A stretch of 64,000 nt of DNA, taken from NCBI GenBank assembly GCA_951406725.2, contig OX597818.1, forward strand, positions 9,362,001 to 9,426,000, in the 5' to 3' direction. This stretch comes from Octopus vulgaris (Eukaryota). Made by a program: the position numbers and the translations under genes. The notes below the pieces were generated by a model that ran no database searches, was not told the DNA's origin, and worked only from the letters and a program-made list of their open reading frames with translations. Every line of letters begins with the position of its first letter. Position 1 is the stretch's first letter. Below, in pieces: positions 41,163-53,770 of the stretch.

Positions 41163-42334
41163 TCTCTTATTATAAAAGGCAGATTTTATCTGCCTCCCTT
41201 TGTCAGTTATAGAAATCTACAATATAGGATTTCTTCAATTACAATTTACCTAGCATTTTTAAGAGTAGAATGCATCGGGTTTTGCCAGGTCCAGTTTTTA
41301 AATTTTAAACTCCAATTAAGCAAAATTTACAGAAAACTCACATTCTGGTGTGTATGTCAAATGCTTTTCTTAGTCTGGTTTACAGCACACGCAAACGCAC
41401 ACACACAGTGTGCAACGAATAAAGTGAAACTAGTTGTAATATTTGTTTCTGTCTATCACGCTGATAGATACATGAGTAAAATGTATGGCAAGCTAACAGA
41501 TAAGAGTGAGTGAAAATGTTCTTGGAAGAGAGTAAATAGCGACAGAGTGATTTAAGGAAGACTAAACTGAAAGTATGAAACAGTATTTATGTATAAACAG
41601 ACGACACTTATATAAACCCTTTCGTTACCAAACCGCCCGAATTTACCTATTCATATTTAAATGAGAATATCAGAGTAAATCTCTTTAGTACATTCGTGAA
41701 AACACGTATTATACTTCGTAAACACTTCAACTACAGTTTTGTACAAAAATCGAAGTGTAATTTTAATTCCGTGAATTATGGGAGATTTTTTTCCGAAATT
41801 TGTTCCTATTGTGTTTTCAAAATTTGTAATTCTGACAAAAAATGGATACGAATTTCATTATATCAAGCAGCGAGTCAGAATTCGAAGGATTTTCTACTGA
41901 AGACCTTCATAAATCTAACTCTATGACTGAAAAAAAAAGCATTATATAAGAGTGAAGTTGTATGTCTGTCTCCTACGATTTAGATTCCTAACTACTCCCA
42001 CATTTTGCGGTGCAGTTTAACCAAAAGCGGGTATCTTATAGTCGTGATTCATATCGAGCCCTTCTGGGTATTAGCGCGCGTCTACGATGAGTCTACGATT
42101 TTAAAAAAATTTACCATCATATTTTTCCATTTTAATGCATTTTTTTCGCTTTTATATAAGGGAAGTAACTCTCTAAAAATATCTACGATGTGTCAACGAT
42201 TTAAAAAAAAAATTTACCTTGATTTTTTTTCAATTTTTAATGCATTTTTTTGCTATTTTTTGGCTATAACTCTCTAAAAATGCTTATATAGTTATTTCCC
42301 TTACAACCCGAGCAACGCCGGGCGATACTGCTAG
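41163..42334 (+). mobile_element. non-autonomous Helitron, composite
   Basis: 5' TC, 3' CCCGAGCAACGCCGGG + CTAG, A|T site. The last ~390 bp correspond to the Helitron at 17069-17460. Confidence 0.85.
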
Positions 42335-43475
42335 TATATATATATATATATATGAATGCACAACTTAAAGAGTTACTAATAGTTTCATGCTTTTATGATA
42401 TTTTAACTAGGTATATTTATGAAATACGTCATGTATCTCCAAGCAATTTTCGAGGCTCAGTTTATGCGTTATATATGTTTTAGAAACAAGGACGTTGGAG
42501 AGTGAGAAAGTACAAAAAAATAAACTAGAAAAATAACGTGAAGAAGTTTGATACAAAATGTGGAACAAGAAAAAAGGAAAAAAAAAAGCAAGAAAACTAA
42601 GATCCCCATCTTACTGAATTCCAGAAACCACAATTAATGCAGCTGGTATAGAACAATATAAAAGAAAATATGTATGTACTTATATGTCTGTACTTATATT
42701 TATACGTATGTACACATACGTGAATATACACATAAGTATTCATAATTATGTCAATATATCTTACGTAAATACACATAGAGACACATATGTGAGTGGATGT
42801 GTGGGGAGAGAAGATTAGGAGCTACAGCGATAGAGAATGGGGGCTGTTTGGGTGAGTGTGATATATTCAGCGGTTGTTATTGCTGCGATAGCGGAAATAT
42901 AATCAACCAAAATCCGGACAGTTATGAAATATAGTCATTCATAATTGATTCAAATTCATTTGGGTTTTCTAGCATTCAGGAGGAGCTGCGGGTTATTGGA
43001 ACTGATTTCAGACTAGTAGCTTAAAATCACTTAGAAACAATACTGCCAGAAATATGGCTACATCCTCAATCATATATTCTGTCGTAGGTTTAACGAATGT
43101 CAGTCAAACATACCAACTGATCTGGTAAGGAAAATAAAATGATCTACTTGATTAATAGTGGGTTATTAGTAATGAAGTCAAAGAATTGTATAGTGCCAGT
43201 CATTACGCCTTATTACAAATAACGGGAGATGATAGCATCGTTTGTCCATACGGGAGTAGCAGTCTTGGATTCAGCGACTACTTATGAAAAAAATGAATAG
43301 AAATGTATTTTTTGTATAGTGGAAATATCATTAGAACATTTACTTCTATTCAATAGTTTTCGAGTATTTAATACTTTACAAAGTATTTTATTTTCCAAAT
43401 TATATTATATACATGCATATGATTGATTGATTCTAGTTTCAGCTCATGAGCTGTGGCCATGAGCTGAAACATATA

Positions 43476-43572
43476 TAGACAGACAGACAGGCAGACAGGC
43501 AGACAGGCAGATAGACAGACAGAAAGCCAGAAAGGGAGAGACAGATTGACAGACAGACAGACAGATAGATAA

Positions 43573-43644
<72 letters not shown>

Positions 43645-43690
43645 ATAGATATATACATAGATAGATAGACAGATATATATATATATATAT
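43476..43690. repeat. (GACA)n/(GATA)n/(TA)n microsatellite
   Basis: Direct inspection. Confidence 0.9.
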
Positions 43691-43968
43691 ACAAAATTAG
43701 AGAATGGAGAAACATACTTAAATCAGTAAAACATCAACTATCCGATGATACTCAATCCATACTTTAATACACCATTACATATGAGTAAAGGCAATATATA
43801 AAATGAAATGAGATATACAGTAATAGTAAAAGTAAAAAGATAAAGAGATATAAGTAAAAAATTTCAAATATAATATGCAAATAAATCAAAACTGACAGCT
43901 GTTTCGGCAGTGAGGACAGTCATACCTCATTTAACCTATAAGCCATAAAGGCAGGTATAAATGAGGCA
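43690..43968 (-). repeat. 279-bp inverted copy of the element's 3' pseudo-LTR (partner 48393-48671)
   Basis: TACAAAATTAGAGAATGG...ATAAATGAGGCA versus TGCCTCATTTAT...CCATTCTCTAATTTTGTA; no mismatch seen by eye. Confidence 0.95.
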
Positions 43969-43970
43969 CC

Positions 43971-44950
43971 CCATCCAGACCGAGAATTACACTAAAGGAT
44001 CATAAAGAGAATTTTCTTGGAAACACACAGGTCAGATTAATTTGCCCCACTAAATCTGACTTAGGCAGACTAAGTAAACTCATTCTAGATAAATATCTAC
44101 CCACCATCCGCAATAAAATCAAACTAAACCTTTGGAAGAATACTCAGGGTGCTTTGGATTGGTTTTCTACCATTAAGGTCTGTGACAGTAACAACTTTAG
44201 CTATAATAGAAATAAATTTATACAATTCGATATACAGAATTATTACACTTCAATTAACCCTATTATATTAAATAAGTCCTTAATTTTTGCTAGAAAACAC
44301 ACTAAACTAAGTATGGGGGAGATTAAGGTTATACTAACAGCCAGGAAAACTTTAATAGAGTTTGATAATAAACTTTGGGCTAGAAAGGACACACCCAACT
44401 TGTTCGATATCACAATGGGATCGCCGGACTCAGCGGAGGTGACTGATCTAGTTGGGATGTATCTATTAGATAACTTTAGTAGGGAATTCCCTGAATTAAA
44501 AGGTGGATTATACAGGGATGACGCCTTATTTTGTGTTAGGAATACATCAAATAGGAGATTAGATCTTCTGAAAAAAAGAATAAATAAATTTTTTAAAAGC
44601 TTCGGCCTATCCATTATCATTGAAAGTGAAAATTATTCTGCTAATTATTTAGATGTTAATTGTAACATTACTAATGGTTTACATGAACCCTATATTAAAC
44701 CTAATTCTAACCTAATATACATTAACCGTTCTAGTAATCACCCCCCCAAATTAAAAATGCACTAGTGCGTAGCATTAGTCAGAGAATTTCTAGTTTATCC
44801 TCAAACGAGGAAATTTTTAACAAACACTGTGATAGATACAATACAGCATTACTTAAGGCAGGATATAAAAGTAAGATTTGGTTTATACCTAAGGGGAACC
44901 CCCTAATGGAGGTAGAACTATCAGGAACAACACAAATAGATTTAGGATAA
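43971..44950 (+). CDS. Penelope-like (Naiad-type) reverse transcriptase, 5'-truncated, one -1 frameshift near 44755
   Basis: Frame open upstream of the listed ORF: RITLKDHKENF..VRLICPTKSDLGRLSKLILD..LWKNT..WF. Also FIQFDIQNYYTSI, FDITMGSPDSAEVTDLVG, GLYRDDAL, YLDV, SNHPP, then RSISQRISSLSSNEEIF. Confidence 0.92.
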
Positions 44951-46227
44951 TCAACAATATACATAAGAATAGTAAAAATAGAATATATGATAACACCTAT
45001 AATAAATGTGGAAGTGACGTTAACCTTGGAAAGGTGAACGGTAGCTCAAATAGATCTAAGCATACGGGTAATAGTAGTAATATTAATAATAATATACGAA
45101 TTAAAACTTATGGTAGACATGATAATGGTAAAGTTTACTTGCGCAATAACCATGGTAATATTGATATAGATAGATATAATAATAACAGTGGTAAGAATAG
45201 TAATCCTATGAGTTGGTCTACGAATAGGATTTTCACAAATAACATTAATTCTATAGGCAATCCTAATTCTGATAAGGATACTCTTTGGTTGATTATCCCG
45301 TATGCAATGCAGATTAAAACAAACATAGTGAGAGCTTTGCATAATGTTATTTTTAGGCATTTTGGTAAGGATAGGAATAAATTTAGTCCTTTAATTAACA
45401 ACGGTACTGTTAGAGTGGGATATAGCATTACTCATAATCTAGCCACCATTATCTCCTCTTTTAATAACAAGAAACTGGATCACTTCTATAAGGATAGAAA
45501 ATTGAATTTAGACCAGGATAACTTGCCCCTCTTCATTAATAATAGGAATAGAAATTTTCTTGGAACAAATGGGAACAACCTCCTTACTAATAATGAGTGC
45601 ACCATACCTGTCAGAGATAATATAAATGTAATAGATCATACTACTACTACCAATACTAGTACTAGTGATAGAAATATAGCCGATAATGTGAAATTAACTC
45701 ATTCGTTGATTTTGGGTTTGGATGATGATAACAATTGTGACACTTATAATATGAATAGTAGTATAGGGGTGGTGTCCAATCTTAGATTTCCTCATTCTGT
45801 TAATCTTTGTAATTGCAGAAATAAAAATAAATGTGTATTTGGTAATCAATGCCTCAGGAAGGAGGTAGTTTACCAATGCACTGTAGATACACAATTGAGT
45901 AGTAGGGTGTATATCGGTGCAACTATGAATAGCATAAAACAAAGATGGAATTATCACAGATATACTTTTAGGAATAAAAATAGAATGTACTCTACAGGGC
46001 TAAGTGCATACATTTGGGAACTTAAAAGTAAGAACTTAGATTTTAGATTAAACTGGAAAATACTAACTTCAGCACCTGTGTATAATGGAAAAAATAAAAA
46101 ATGCTCTCTATGTATTAATGAAATTTTCTTCATTATTAAAGCGGGTCGGCAAATTATTAACAACATTAATGAGAAAAACTTCTTTTGTATTCATAGGCTA
46201 CCGTTCAACTTTTCTAGATTCAAATAG
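44893..46227 (+). CDS. linker and GIY-YIG endonuclease of the same polyprotein
   Basis: Frame open from 44893. LWLIIPY..IKTNI..TVRVGYS linker; CNCRNKNKCVFGNQC; VVYQC..VYIGAT..KQRWNYH; STGLSAYIWELK; CSLCINE; CIHR. Confidence 0.92.
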   Translation, partial: GEPPNGGRTIRNNTNRFRIINNIHKNSKNRIYDNTYNKCGSDVNLGKVNGSSNRSKHTGNSSNINNNIRIKTYGRHDNGKVYLRNNHGNIDIDRYNNNSGKNSNPMSWSTNRIFTNNINSIGNPNSDKDTLWLIIPYAMQIKTNIVRALHNVIFRHFGKDRNKFSPLINNGTVRVGYSITHNLATIISSFNNKKLDHFYKDRKLNLDQDNLPLFINNRNRNFLGTNGNNLLTNNECTIPVRDNINVIDHTTTTNTSTSDRNIADNVKLTHSLILGLDDDNNCDTYNMNSSIGVVSNLRFPHSVNLCNCRNKNKCVFGNQCLRKEVVYQCTVDTQLSSRVYIGATMNSIKQRWNYHRYTFRNKNRMYSTGLSAYIWELKSKNLDFRLNWKILTSAPVYNGKNKKCSLCINEIFFIIKAGRQIINNINEKNFFCIHRLPFNFSRFK

Positions 46228-47975
46228 AACTTAGCACTTCCACTATTATTAATTTTTTAATTCCCTTCTTTAACTAAATATACCTGTGGTCCTCTATAAT
46301 TCTAAAGTATACAATTTATAAATTTCATAATTTTATAAGTTTTATAGCTACATTTGTATAATAATTAATGGATGTGTCTAGTATTATTGGTTCCTTGATT
46401 TTTGTATGTGGGTTTTTGTTTTTTTTTTTTAAGTGAAATGCAATATGACATAAAATAGCATATTCATTTTGGTATTTGCCTTGTAATGTGTGATTTTTGA
46501 AGTTTTCCAATATTGCATAGTATATTGCATAGTATATATGTATATCTTGATTAGATACCTAGCTCTAGATAATGTAATGATATTGTATAATATGTAATAT
46601 ATGAGAGCCTTTTATGAGTTTGGTGGGTTTAGGTTGAGATTATAGGTTTTTTGTATGTGTTTATTTGGAAGGTTTTTATTATATATTTGGTCTTTTTGTA
46701 CTCACCTTAATTTGTATCTTATGCTATTCACTGATAAACCTTTTTCATTTTTCTTTTTTTCATTTTCTCATTTACATGCATTTTGCTTTATAATTATTAC
46801 CAGCCTCATATATTTAGTTTATATCTATAGTCCTCTGGATCTGTACTTTAAACTATCCTTCCATACATTTTTACTTTCAACAATATAAAATATATATAAA
46901 AAATATATATTCACTTTATTTATTTTTATTTATTTCCCATTTTATTGTAATATTATCAATCTTTGCATCTAGTCTTCTATTCATTTATTTATTTGCCTAT
47001 TTAAGTGTAGATGTTTACATACATATCAAGTCATCTAATTTGTTACCTATTTATTTTTTACTTGTTTACTTATACTGGTGTAGTTTTATACATACATATC
47101 TATCATTTATTTGTATTTAATTTTAATAATATATGAATACATATATACTAGTTTGTGCTTATAATTATGTGTACAACCGTATTTATTCCTTCGTATTTAT
47201 TCCTTCTTATTTATTTTATCTCTTTTCATCTTAAGTCTTTATAATATAAAATTTATTTAAAATCTCTGTGATGTTCTCATAAGCGTTTACATTAATACTT
47301 CCCCTTCTATTCTTTAATGCCTAAACTGGTATATTATGGCACTATATTTATTAAGTTAATAAGTGACTTATTTATAATATTTAAATTAATATATATTTTA
47401 TATTTTATATTTTATAATTTAGCGTACTTAAAATCATAACAAACTTACGATAAACCTAACAACCGTATGTTTACTCTGTAACAAACCGGTGTTATAAATT
47501 TTAAGTTACCCATGAAATAATTATCTGAATTAGTAACATACTGATATTTAAAAATATATTTATATCTAAATTAAATATTTTATAGAATGCATGGATGGTT
47601 CTTTTTTTGTTATTGAGGCTCAGTTATAATTTTGAAGGACTAAATGTTAGCATAGTTGCTTCCCTTTTTTGTTTATCTAAGTGCTAGTTGTTGCTTGTTA
47701 ATATGTATGTGTATAAGTGTATGTATATACATATAACTATGTGTGTATGTGCGATTGATCTGTAGATGCGTGTGTGAATATTGGCGTTCCTTGACTAACC
47801 AACCGTATAATTTTCTTTTGTGATTTAAATTTCAAACCAATAGCCAATCGAATTAATCTAAATTTTCTTTACCTAGTGGTCAGCATTTCTTAACTCATAG
47901 TTATTTCGATCTTGAAAGGATGGACTTGGTGCTAACTTAACTGTATCTATTTTTAGTATTTTTTTATTATTATTA

Positions 47976-48022
<47 letters not shown>

Positions 48023-48361
48023 AGTAATTTTTATTAACTTTTATAGCTTTAGAATTTTATGAACTGTACCACGGATTTAATTATTATTTTTCATCTCCAT
48101 ATGTGTTAGCCCTTTTTTTATAAAAAAAACTATTAGCCAAATATGTACAATATCGGTACTTATTAATATTAATATATACACTGTTATATATTTTGTTTTA
48201 TATTGTTCTGTTTACCTTCCTTTTTGTACAAATGTGTATTATATTATATAAGTGTAGCATTATGATGTATAAGTTTTTATATTTTACATTTTTATATTTT
48301 TATATTTATATGTATATGATTATATAATATTTTTCACTATTATAACAAATTTAATTTAATT

Positions 48362-48469
48362 CTCTGAAGAGGCCGTGGGGCATCCTTGTTAATGCCTCAT
48401 TTATACCTGCCTTTATGGCTTATAGGTTAAATGAGGTATGACTGTCCTCACTGCCGAAACAGCTGTCAG
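48362..48469 (+). ncRNA. type I hammerhead ribozyme of the Penelope-like element, 85-nt stem II
   Basis: CTGAAGA (48364-70), GGC..GCC-closed long hairpin (48371-48455), GAAA, palindromic ACAGCTGT stem III, GTC cleavage triplet (48465-67). Stem I is weak. Confidence 0.8.
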
Positions 48470-48836
48470 TTTTGATTTATTTGCATATTATATTTGAAAT
48501 TTTTTACTTATATCTCTTTATCTTTTTACTTTTACTATTACTGTATATCTCATTTCATTTTATATATTGCCTTTACTCATATGTAATGGTGTATTAAAGT
48601 ATGGATTGAGTATCATCGGATAGTTGATGTTTTACTGATTTAAGTATGTTTCTCCATTCTCTAATTTTGTAGTATTAATTTACGGTAATATTATTACCTT
48701 TACCCATTTAATACAATAGATGAACTGATTGCTTGACAATTTTTAACATCTATGTATTATTTTTGTTGGGTACCTATCTAGCAGTATATTGGATATATAT
48801 TATCCCATGGTGGGTTGAATTTTCAACCCCTATCTC

Positions 48837-48953
<117 letters not shown>

Positions 48954-49288
48954 CCTAAACCCTCATGTGCATGTATGCAAGTGTGCTGTTTGCCTGTGTC
49001 TGTATGTTCATTCATGCAATATTTTCTAAATTGCTCACATGCAGGGCCCCAGTATATCTTTAGCCTTACAGCTGAAACATATGAGAGAATAAAAGAATAT
49101 ATATATATATATATATAGAATGGTTGTATACTGTCAATCTAACACGAACGTGACAGTAGGGGGGTACACCACCGCTGTATAGCCCTAGGAAGCATCGACG
49201 CCTCCTGATGGCTTTGACACATTTTTTCCCTGTGTCCTTATATACATTTACGAAGGGGAGACAAACACCCCCGGCCGCCGGAGCTGCA

Positions 49289-49333
49289 TCTAGGGACACG
49301 TGTTTCAGGATCATTGTCCTTCATCGGCCTAGA
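49289..49333 (-). ncRNA. minimal type I hammerhead ribozyme, variant core CCGAUGA
   Basis: TCTAGG-CCGATGA-AGGA-CAATGA-TCCT-GAAA-C-ACGT-GTC-CCTAGA. Perfect 6-bp stem I, 4-bp stem II, palindromic stem III ACACGTGT. Confidence 0.85.
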
Positions 49334-49793
49334 GTAGCAGACACCGGTCAGCTGGCGATATTTGTCTCGACTTCGTATTGTATATATCTATAATGCAGTG
49401 AAGTCTATTCACTGATTATCAAAATAAGAAATACTAAATTTCTAAATCTCTCGTAGAGACATGTACGGTGGTGGGGCGATAGAATGGTTGTATACTGTCA
49501 ATCTAACACGAACGTGACAGTAGGGGGTACACCACCGCTGTATAGCCCTAGGAAGCATCGACGCCTCCTGATGGCTTTGACACATTTTTCCCTGTGTCTT
49601 TATATACATTCACGTCCGTGTTAGATTTATAGTATACAACCATTCTATCGCCCCACCACCGTACATGTCTCTACGAGAGATTTAGAAATTTAGTATTTCT
49701 TATTTTGATAATCAGTGAATAGACTTCACTGAATTATAGATATATACAATACGAAGTCGAGACAAATATCGCCAGCTGACCGGTGTCTGCTAC

Positions 49794-49838
49794 TCTAGGC
49801 CGATGAAGGACAATGATCCTGAAACACGTGTCCATAGA
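49794..49838 (+). ncRNA. minimal type I hammerhead ribozyme, variant core CCGAUGA (second copy)
   Basis: Same as 49289-49333 with one stem I mismatch (CATAGA). Confidence 0.8.
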
Positions 49839-51014
49839 TGCAGCTCCGGCGGCCGGGGGTGTTTGTCTCCCCTTCGTAAATGTACATAAGGACACAGGGA
49901 AAATTGTGTCAAAGCCATCAGGAGGCGTCGATGCTTCCTAGGGCTATACAGCGGTGATGTACCTCCCTACTGTCACGTTCGTGTTAGATTGACAGTATAC
50001 AACCATTCTATCGCCCCACCACCGTACATGTCTCTACGAGAGATTTAGAAATTTAGTATTTCTCATATATATATACACACGTATAGTAACTCCAATGATA
50101 TATTTATATGATGCTCCATTTATAGTGACTAAACCTAAACAATTGACAACTGACCGAAAAATGATCGGCCGAACCACTGGGAATTGAACACAACATCAAT
50201 GCTTACATAGCTCCGTACGCACCCAATTCGGCAACATTTTATGTATAGATTATTTAGCCTAGTTTATGCATTTAAAGATTTGTAAACAAACCCGAAGGCT
50301 GAAAATTACGGATAAGAGACACACATATAGGTTCTTTTTAATAATAGCTGTAATTATATATAATTTATATCACAATATATATTTAATTCAGAGCGACTAC
50401 TCCTAAACAATTGTTTAGTTCAGAGTTGCCTCTGATGTATCAGATCTATCGCATACATTTTTTTTCCTGAAATACAGTGAATCTTGGTCCTTTTGATGAA
50501 AGCGTGTGATTGAAAATATATTTGGTTGCTATTTGTAGAACCTCAAGTTACCACCTTGTGTGTGTGTTTTGTTGAGGTGAATAAAATATTGTTCTCTGAA
50601 TATTTGGCACAATAATTTTTAAAGAAATCTGGACATCTTTCTTACTGCTAACCATTTAACTTCAAATTGCAATTGTTTATTTTTGGCAGTCAAATAGACT
50701 TAAATATACACATAGTGTTGTCGTATAGGGTGGAAGTTCAATACAATGTTTTGAAGTCATTATCTTGTGTCTAGTAATACATTACCTTAAATTTTAAGCC
50801 ATTAAGTCTTTAAACATTATTTTATTAGGTTTAGTCTTTTGACTGTCGCCATGATGGGGTTCCACCTTCCAAAATTTAATTTAATATACTATCCTCAGCA
50901 CGGATTTCAAAGTGGCATTTATTTTATAGATTCCTGCTTGATGAACTTTGAGACATAGTAGGACACAATACTCGATTTAACAAAAATGTAAACATACACA
51001 GATATTTTAGGTTC

Positions 51015-51165
51015 AAGAATGACTGCGTAGTTGAGAAGTTTGCTTCCCAACCATATTGTTCCACGTTCAGTCCCTCCGCATTGTATCGTGAACAAGTGTT
51101 TTCTACTATAGCCCTAGGCCAACCACAGACTTGTGACTGAATTTCTTATACGGAAACTGTAGGGT
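51015..51165 (+). mobile_element. degenerate SINE family A fragment
   Basis: TTGCTTCCCAACCA..GTTCAGTCCC..CTACTATAGCC..ACGGAAACTG. Confidence 0.7.
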
Positions 51166-51565
51166 TGCTGATCCGTAAATGCCCATAAAAAGGTAACAAA
51201 TAATACAATTTGGTGTGGATCTTAACAGCAGGGCAACGGTGTAGTGTATTGCTAGTATAATAATAATATATACTCTATTTCGCGTGACTAGTCCCAAACA
51301 AAAGAGAGAAAAAAGATCAATTGTTTAAGTTTAGTCGCTCTAAATGGAGTATATATTATTATATAAATAATATATAATTACAGTTTTTATTAAAAAGGAC
51401 ATAAGTGTGTCTCTATTCTCCGTAATTTACAGCCTTCGACTTTGCCTTTCATCCTTTCAGAATCTGTAAAGTTGAATACTGGGGGTGGATGTAATCGACT
51501 TACCCTTACCTCCGAACTGGTTAGTCTTTTGCCAAAACTTGAAATTAATATTTCTTTATACATAA

Positions 51566-51743
51566 GGCGGCGAGCTGGCAGAAACGTTAGCACGCCGGGC
51601 GAAATGCGTAGCGGTATTTCTTCTGCCGCTACGTTCTGAGTTCAAATTCCGCCGAGGTCGTCTTTGCCTTTCATCGTTTCGGGGTCGATTAAATAAGTAC
51701 CAGTTACGCACTGGGCTCGATGTAATCGACTTAATCCGTTTGT
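51566..51743 (+). mobile_element. tRNA-derived SINE family B, well-preserved copy
   Basis: GGCGGCGAGCTGGCAGAAACGTTAGC...GAGTTCAAATTCCGCC (B box)...TTTGCCTTTCATC. A further partial copy lies at 51420-51550. Confidence 0.9.
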
Positions 51744-53737
51744 GCTTACCAACCGTGTGGTTGGTAAGCAAGCTACTTACCACACAACCACTACTGTGCT
51801 CCTTAGCACACAGCCACTCTTGCGTATATACATGTTTGTGTGTGCATGTGTGTGTGTGTGTATGTGTGTGTGTGTATGTATGTGTGTGTGTGTGTTTGTG
51901 TAAAAGAAGCATTAAAGTGAAGAATTATCTAATGCATGAGAAGCAGTAAAACTTGTTCTGAAGCAACGCAGGTGACAGATGTCATGAAACAAAATTTTAT
52001 TGGCAGCAGTTATTACACCACTTGTAAACAGTGGAAAGATATTTTTACAGGGCAAGTTTTGCATCATAACTCCGTTTGAATTCACTATTTATTTTAGAAC
52101 TTTAAAGTGCTCTCTATGGACATAGGAATGACAGAGAGCGGTATCAACAAACTACTTGCAGGAGCAAGTAAGAATTAATAAAGTCGTTTTGATTCTTGCC
52201 TACTGCAAACGTTGTTGTGTGAAAATTTTGACCAAACTTTCATTACACCAGTAACAACTATTCTTGAAACTAATAATCAATATAAAACGGCTCTGAAAAT
52301 ATCTATAGCATATGATATTACTTCAATAAATGTGACGAATTTTTCAAAGTTGAACCGTTGATGATCGCAGGTAAACAATTTTGAGGTATGTTGTGAATCA
52401 AAGGTTGTTTACACAAAAGAAGTTGTTATCAACATACTGATAATTCTAAGCTAGTTGACAAGGGGATAAAATGTATGGATAAGCTATTTCCAGATTTTAC
52501 GTTCAATCCAATCAAATACATGCTGAAGCTTAACAAACAAGAAAACTTTACTTCTGCTTACAGAGATACTCGCGAAGCATTTAATGTAGAAAGAAAATAA
52601 CAGTAATTATTCTCAGGAAACAACTGCATTTTACCAACTATTTACGGATTCTGAATGACAGAATCAAAGTGGAATATTATTCAACAGTATTCCGCAAAAT
52701 CACAAATGTCTGTTCCCTGACACGCTTGCTTGTTCAATACACAGTAGAATTTATTAAACCATAGCTTCTTGATCTCATAGCTAATCTAGGATTCAACGAA
52801 TAATGCATATCTGATATCTTTTAAAATGTATTAGCTCAAGCACAAGTGATTTATATCACAGTATACAAGATATCAGTGAATTTCCCAACACATCCTGTCA
52901 TGATTGTACTGCTTAGTTGAAATGCATGCGCAGCGGTGGCTCTTTGGCAACCAGCCTATGAACACTGTCTACATAGATTTTATGCTACCTACTAGTTCTT
53001 TAGAATTCTACGAGATTTTATGACGTTGTTTTAGAACGTTTGGTCGATTTTTAAGATGTGTGATAAATTTGATAAAAGTGCCTGTATCAAATGTTGGAAA
53101 ACGGTCTGTGAATTTGCTACCGACACTCAGGAAATAATGAGTTAGGCTTTTGTCAAATGCTGCTGTATTATACCTGTTTAAGAAAAATATAAATAAATAG
53201 TTAAACTTAGCTCTGACTGATACAGTATTAACACATGACTGATGTTGAAATAAAAGACAAAATCGCAGCCGCAGTTCAATGGCTATAACCAGTAAGAGAG
53301 TAAAATATGGAATACATATGAGCAAGTTTATATTTAAAGATGAAGTTACGGCCGAAGATTGAGAGATTTGCGTGGTATAAGGCACAGTTTATTCTTTTTG
53401 CAATAGTTTCGCATTGACAGAAGTTTATATGTAAAAGACGATAGATAGAAAAGGATGGACTTCAAACATAATTCAAATGTCTTGCGATATGACTGTGTTA
53501 CTTTAGAGTGTTGTCAAGAGTACATGTGGCTGAATTACTTACCCAACTACATATTAATCCAATGACTACATATTTAAGTTGACCGAACAACTGGACACTC
53601 ATATGTTGTTTACGATAGGGTTCCCCAACATGCTACATACCCGAAACACTGAGCTGTCAACATCTTCAACGTTAAAGTGATATATACATACATACGAACG
53701 TGCATGAAGCATAGTCTGACTGATAATAAGATTGCAA

Positions 53738-53770
<33 letters not shown>

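Larger units (their letters stand above)
49115..50063. mobile_element. retrozyme-like element: two partial-tandem arrays of a ~364-bp monomer joined in inverted orientation
   Basis: Left arm 49115-49610 (period 364, 49115/49479); right arm 49611-50063 (period 363) is its reverse complement. One HHR per arm, non-coding, (TA)n flanks. Confidence 0.9.

Noticed and set aside
45800-46227. Selenocysteine-encoding Naiad (reported for some Naiad PLEs)
   Set aside because: All conserved Cys positions in the endonuclease region are normal Cys codons in an open frame. There is no in-frame TGA, and no SECIS was recognised.
43690-48671. DNA transposon with 279-bp TIRs
   Set aside because: The interior encodes RT + GIY-YIG, the repeat contains part of a hammerhead, and the element extends past the right repeat. 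This is typical PLE inversion, not TIRs.
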